Below, in pieces: positions 60,914-64,000 of a DNA stretch of 64,000 bases (positions are counted from its first letter, which is position 1; every line of letters starts with the position of its first letter). The translations under genes and the position numbers were made by a program. Source of the DNA: a virus (Duplodnaviria; Heunggongvirae; Uroviricota; Caudoviricetes). The DNA lies in IMG/VR virus record IMGVR_UViG_3300020048_006428, positions 119,178 through 183,177 of that record; one strand, 5' to 3'. The notes beneath the pieces were generated by a model. That model did no database searches. It saw nothing but the letters and a program-made list of their open reading frames with translations, and was not told the origin of the DNA.

Positions 60914-61387
60914 ATGCAAGAAAAAGTGATAATGACACGTGAACGTTATAATAAACTCACACAAGATTTTAATAGAATGAAACATGACGAAATGAAGGAA
61001 TGTTTATATAATTTGACCGATGCTCGTGAAAAAGGCGATATATCAGAAAATGCTGAATATGAAGTAGCTAAACAACATTTAGATGAACTAAATGATAGAA
61101 TTGGTAAAGTTGGTTCTATGTTGACAAATGCACAAATTATTGAAGGTGTAGTTGATAATGGAACTGTTCAACTATTAACATATGTTAAGTTAATAAATAA
61201 GACACTCAAAAAGGAATTGGAATATAAAATTGTACCTGAAAATGAATCTTCTTTAAAAGAAAATAAAATTTCTTTTACAAGCCCAATTGGAAAAGCTCTT
61301 ATGGGTAAAAAAATTGGTGATGTTGTAATGGTTACTGTACCAGCAGGAAAATTAGAACTGGAAATATTAAATATTAGATGTTTCTAA
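60914..61387 (+). CDS. greA: Transcription elongation factor GreA
   Basis: AREKGDISENAEY, ISFTSPIGKALMGKKIGD. Confidence 0.93.
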   Translation: MQEKVIMTRERYNKLTQDFNRMKHDEMKECLYNLTDAREKGDISENAEYEVAKQHLDELNDRIGKVGSMLTNAQIIEGVVDNGTVQLLTYVKLINKTLKKELEYKIVPENESSLKENKISFTSPIGKALMGKKIGDVVMVTVPAGKLELEILNIRCF

Positions 61388-62226
61388 TGAATGTTCTAAG
61401 TTTATTTGATGGGATGTCTTGTGGACAAATAGCTCTAAATAGATTAGGTATAAAATACGATAATTATTTTGCATCTGAAATAGATAAATATGCTATTAAA
61501 GTAACCCAACACAATTTTCCAAATACTATTCAATTAGGTGATGTTTCCAATATAAACGGAAGTGACCTACCAAATATAGATTTATTAATTGGTGGTAGTC
61601 CTTGTCAATCTTTTTCTAATGCAGGTGATATGACGGGATTTAATGGGAAGAGTGGTTTATTCTATGAATATGTTAGGTTATTAAAGGAAATAAATCCAAA
61701 ATATTTTCTATTAGAAAATGTTAAGATGAAAAAGGAGTGGAAAGATATAATATCTAAAGAATTGGGAGTAGAACCAATAATGATAAATAGTTCATTGGTT
61801 TCTGCACAAAATCGCAAAAGATTATATTGGACTAATATACCTAACATTGAACAACCAATTGACGAAAAAATAGGATGGGGTTCTATTAGAGAATTTAATG
61901 TAGCTAACAATTTTTATTATTCTGAAAAAGGTTTAAAATGGCTAAATAAACAAATAGATGAAAAGAATAAAAAGTTATCTATTTGGAAATCAGATGAAAA
62001 ATGTCAAATGATTGAAGCAAGCCATGCACATGGATATTCATCACAAAGATTTTTTGCAATAGAAGATACATATGGACTTAGATACATAACACCTTTAGAA
62101 TGTGAAAGGGCGCAAACAATACCTGATAATTACACAAATATTGTTTCAAATTCACAAAGATACAAAATGATTGGTAATGGTTGGACAGTTGATGTAATTA
62201 GCCATATTTTTAAAAATTTAATATAA
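61387..62226 (+). CDS. DNA cytosine-5 methyltransferase
   Basis: LSLFDGMSCG (I), GGSPCQ (IV), LLENV (VI), QNRKR (VIII), MIGNGW (X); TAATG coupling to greA puts the start at 61387. Confidence 0.92.
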   Translation: MNVLSLFDGMSCGQIALNRLGIKYDNYFASEIDKYAIKVTQHNFPNTIQLGDVSNINGSDLPNIDLLIGGSPCQSFSNAGDMTGFNGKSGLFYEYVRLLKEINPKYFLLENVKMKKEWKDIISKELGVEPIMINSSLVSAQNRKRLYWTNIPNIEQPIDEKIGWGSIREFNVANNFYYSEKGLKWLNKQIDEKNKKLSIWKSDEKCQMIEASHAHGYSSQRFFAIEDTYGLRYITPLECERAQTIPDNYTNIVSNSQRYKMIGNGWTVDVISHIFKNLI

Positions 62227-62227
62227 A

Positions 62228-62653
62228 ATGGGATATACAAGACATTATAAATTATTTAAAGAACTTGATAAAGAATTATTTGTTAAATATTCAAATGAAT
62301 GTAAATATATTTGTGAACAAATAACAAATGAATTTGGACACGGAATAGCGGGTGGTATTGGTGAAGGCGAACCGGAATTTACTGAAACGTATATTGACTT
62401 TAATGGTATTATTGGTTTAGTTGATGATTTATCACATGAAAATTTCTATATAGATACAACAGAACAACCATTTAATTTTTGTAAAACAAATAGAAAACCA
62501 TATGATAAACATGTATGTGCATGTATATATCTATTAAAAGAATATTTTGGTGATATTGTTGAAATTAAATCTGATGGTGGAAATAAGGATGAAGAAGTAA
62601 TTGGATTTATAAAATCAATTAAAAGAGATAATAAAATAAACACAATTTTATAA
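62228..62653 (+). CDS. Hypothetical protein ending KRDNKINTIL
   Basis: 141-aa ORF. Confidence 0.6.
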   Translation: MGYTRHYKLFKELDKELFVKYSNECKYICEQITNEFGHGIAGGIGEGEPEFTETYIDFNGIIGLVDDLSHENFYIDTTEQPFNFCKTNRKPYDKHVCACIYLLKEYFGDIVEIKSDGGNKDEEVIGFIKSIKRDNKINTIL

Positions 62654-62658
62654 TAAAT

Positions 62659-62729
62659 GGTTGGGTGCTCGAATATTTAGGGGAAGAATCGCAAATTCTT
62701 TTATGTTGGTGAAAATCCAACCCCGACCT
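62659..62729 (+). tRNA. tRNA-Cys(GCA)-like cloverleaf with non-canonical D and T loops
   Basis: Acceptor GGTTGGG/CCCGACC, D stem CTC/GGG, anticodon stem AAGAA/TTCTT with loop TC-GCA-AA (GCA at 62691-62693), T stem GTTGG/CCAAC, discriminator U; no encoded CCA. Confidence 0.6.
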
Positions 62730-62758
62730 CTATTTTTAATAACAAATTTAAATTAAAT

Positions 62759-63163
62759 ATGAACACAATTGAAAAAAGAATTGATACAGACTATATCAAA
62801 GCTTTCAAAGAAAGAAATGCTGAAGTTAAAATGCTTTTAAGCACAGTCAAAGGTGAAATGCAAACTTATAAAAAGAATATAATGGTTGAAACATTATCAG
62901 ATGATGAAGCTATTAAGATTCTTGATAAATTTTCAAAGAATCTTAAAGAAACCATTCAAATTACAAATGATGAAAAATGTAAGAGGGAATTGTCTATAAT
63001 TGAAGATTATCTACCAAGACAACTTACAGAATCAGAAATCAACGAAAAAATTGATGAGGCTATAACTAATGGTGCTAAAAATTTTGGTGAAGTTATGAAA
63101 ATGATTTCTAAATTTCCTTTGGATAAGAAAATAGCATCTGAGTTAGTTAAATCAAAATTTTAA
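62759..63163 (+). CDS. YqeY/GatB-domain protein
   Basis: AFKERN...LLSTVKGE...ELSIIEDYLPRQLTESEI...GEVMKMI. Confidence 0.8.
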   Translation: MNTIEKRIDTDYIKAFKERNAEVKMLLSTVKGEMQTYKKNIMVETLSDDEAIKILDKFSKNLKETIQITNDEKCKRELSIIEDYLPRQLTESEINEKIDEAITNGAKNFGEVMKMISKFPLDKKIASELVKSKF

Positions 63164-63330
63164 TATGAAAAGCATATATAAACATATTCTAACTTCTTTA
63201 GATATATACACGTTTGGATTTATATTGTTATTATATAATACCCCATTTGATTTTAAATTTATTATTTGTCTATTATTGTTTACAATAAGTAGTATGATTT
63301 CTACTGCATTCATTTTAAAAAGAATTAAAT

Positions 63331-63362
63331 AAAAAAAGGAAGCAATAATGCTTCCTTTTTTT
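63331..63362. terminator. Bidirectional terminator
   Basis: AAAAAAAGGAAGCA-ATAA-TGCTTCCTTTTTTT. Confidence 0.8.
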
Positions 63363-63648
63363 ATAAATCCAGTTTAGATAATCTATATTCTCTGTAATCC
63401 TGGGTTGATACAGAACCCAATTCATGCGCTCTTTGAAAGAAGACTTCAAATATATTTTCATGTCCCATTTCTTTTGCAGCCATTGCCCTATTTATACATT
63501 TATTTTCATCAGTTATTTTATTAGCTTGTGTTCTAGCTAATGAATTTTCTTTTTCTTCATCACCATTGGATTTATCAACAATATCACTAACTCTTTTGTA
63601 GTTTTTTTCAAATTCTGCTTTTGATTGCCCTTTCCACTTCATATACAA
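63361..63648 (-). CDS. Hypothetical protein ending YREYRLSKLDL
   Basis: 95-aa ORF; TAAAC-N17-TATAAT promoter just upstream (about 63690-63663). Confidence 0.6.
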   Translation of the reverse strand: MYMKWKGQSKAEFEKNYKRVSDIVDKSNGDEEKENSLARTQANKITDENKCINRAMAAKEMGHENIFEVFFQRAHELGSVSTQDYREYRLSKLDL

Positions 63649-63678
63649 GTATAATTTTCAAATTATATTAAAAATATC

Positions 63679-64000
63679 TTAAAAGTTTAAACCATATGAT
63701 TTTTTAAACTTTTCTTCTCCAATCTTATCTATCTTTTTTTCTTTCCATCGTCCATTTCTATTTGGATTATCAAACCAATCAATTCTTGAAGGATAAAACA
63801 AATTCATATTAATTAAAGCATCACTATATAATTTATAAAAATATTCAGCCCCATTCGGAATAGAACATATTATAAATTTTGAATCTTTAATAGCTGACAT
63901 AAGAGGCAAAACTGATACCATCATATTTGTTTTATTTTTATGATTCCATAATGCAAAGTTATTTAATATTAAAATATCAATATTAAAACCAATTGGTAGT
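63679..64000 (-). CDS. Terminase-large-subunit ATPase-like fragment, degenerate, partial (runs off the window end)
   Basis: Frame open to the edge: IGFNIDILILNNFA...IICSIPNGAEYFYKLY...IDWFDNPNRNGRWKE...GEEKFKKSYGLNF*. Confidence 0.6.
   Translation of the reverse strand, partial: LPIGFNIDILILNNFALWNHKNKTNMMVSVLPLMSAIKDSKFIICSIPNGAEYFYKLYSDALINMNLFYPSRIDWFDNPNRNGRWKEKKIDKIGEEKFKKSYGLNF

Noticed and set aside
3130-62643. Numerous short antisense or nested ORFs in the track (e.g. 4245-4619, 10321-10815, 22344-22781, 26069-26461, 37886-38176, 53560-53904)
   Set aside because: They lie wholly within well-supported genes on another frame or strand, have shadow-ORF composition and show no motifs.
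62705-62721. Cobalamin riboswitch suggested by GGTGAAAATCC
   Set aside because: The flanking riboswitch core is absent, and the hairpin fits better as the T arm of a complete cloverleaf.
63165-63330. Small membrane-protein gene after yqeY
   Set aside because: The hydrophobic frame lacks an in-frame ATG (the ATG at 63165 stops after 8 codons), so it cannot be supported without homologues.
1-64000. Giant eukaryotic virus (NCLDV) origin, suggested by ArgRS, ankyrin, LRR, DnaJ and eukaryote-like RNR
   Set aside because: gp41-like helicase, UvsX, gp46, GreA, YqeY, PhoH, a terminase-like fragment, ATGA-coupled operons and rho-independent terminators all point to a bacteriophage.
1-64000. Alternative genetic code (TAG or TGA recoding)
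   Set aside because: Conserved genes are full length in the standard code, and TAG (14179, 18674) and TGA (many ATGA overlaps) act as normal stops.

Overview
A very AT-rich (by eye about 22-25% GC, not computed), gene-dense segment of a large T4-like/jumbo bacteriophage in the standard genetic code. A Bacteroidota host is plausible but only inferred. The window holds four gene groups. (1) Replication and recombination: a gp41/DnaB-like helicase fractured by a naturally split intein, NrdB/NrdA, UvsX/RecA, gp46/SbcC and a RuvC-like resolvase. (2) Translation and host takeover: a shortened ArgRS, an RNA ligase, GreA, YqeY, DnaJ, PhoH and an atypical tRNA-Cys-like cloverleaf. (3) Two DNA methyltransferases and three free-standing homing-endonuclease-like genes. 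(4) Several very large virion-type proteins. The strongest unexplained signals are: six paralogous LRR genes with fixed caps, 3-7 variable 21-aa repeats and cassette-like ATGA junctions; an N-terminal MK(Y/H)(L/I)K..F..E tag on about 20 unrelated proteins that resembles the T4 capsid-targeting sequence; a C-terminal R-x-x-K-I-x-x-I-L motif on about 11 other small proteins; an atypically split intein (37-aa N-part, 147-aa C-part) with an endonuclease gene between the halves; and an endonuclease insertion that duplicated the helicase 3' end. All family assignments come from motif recognition by eye; no database searches were run.
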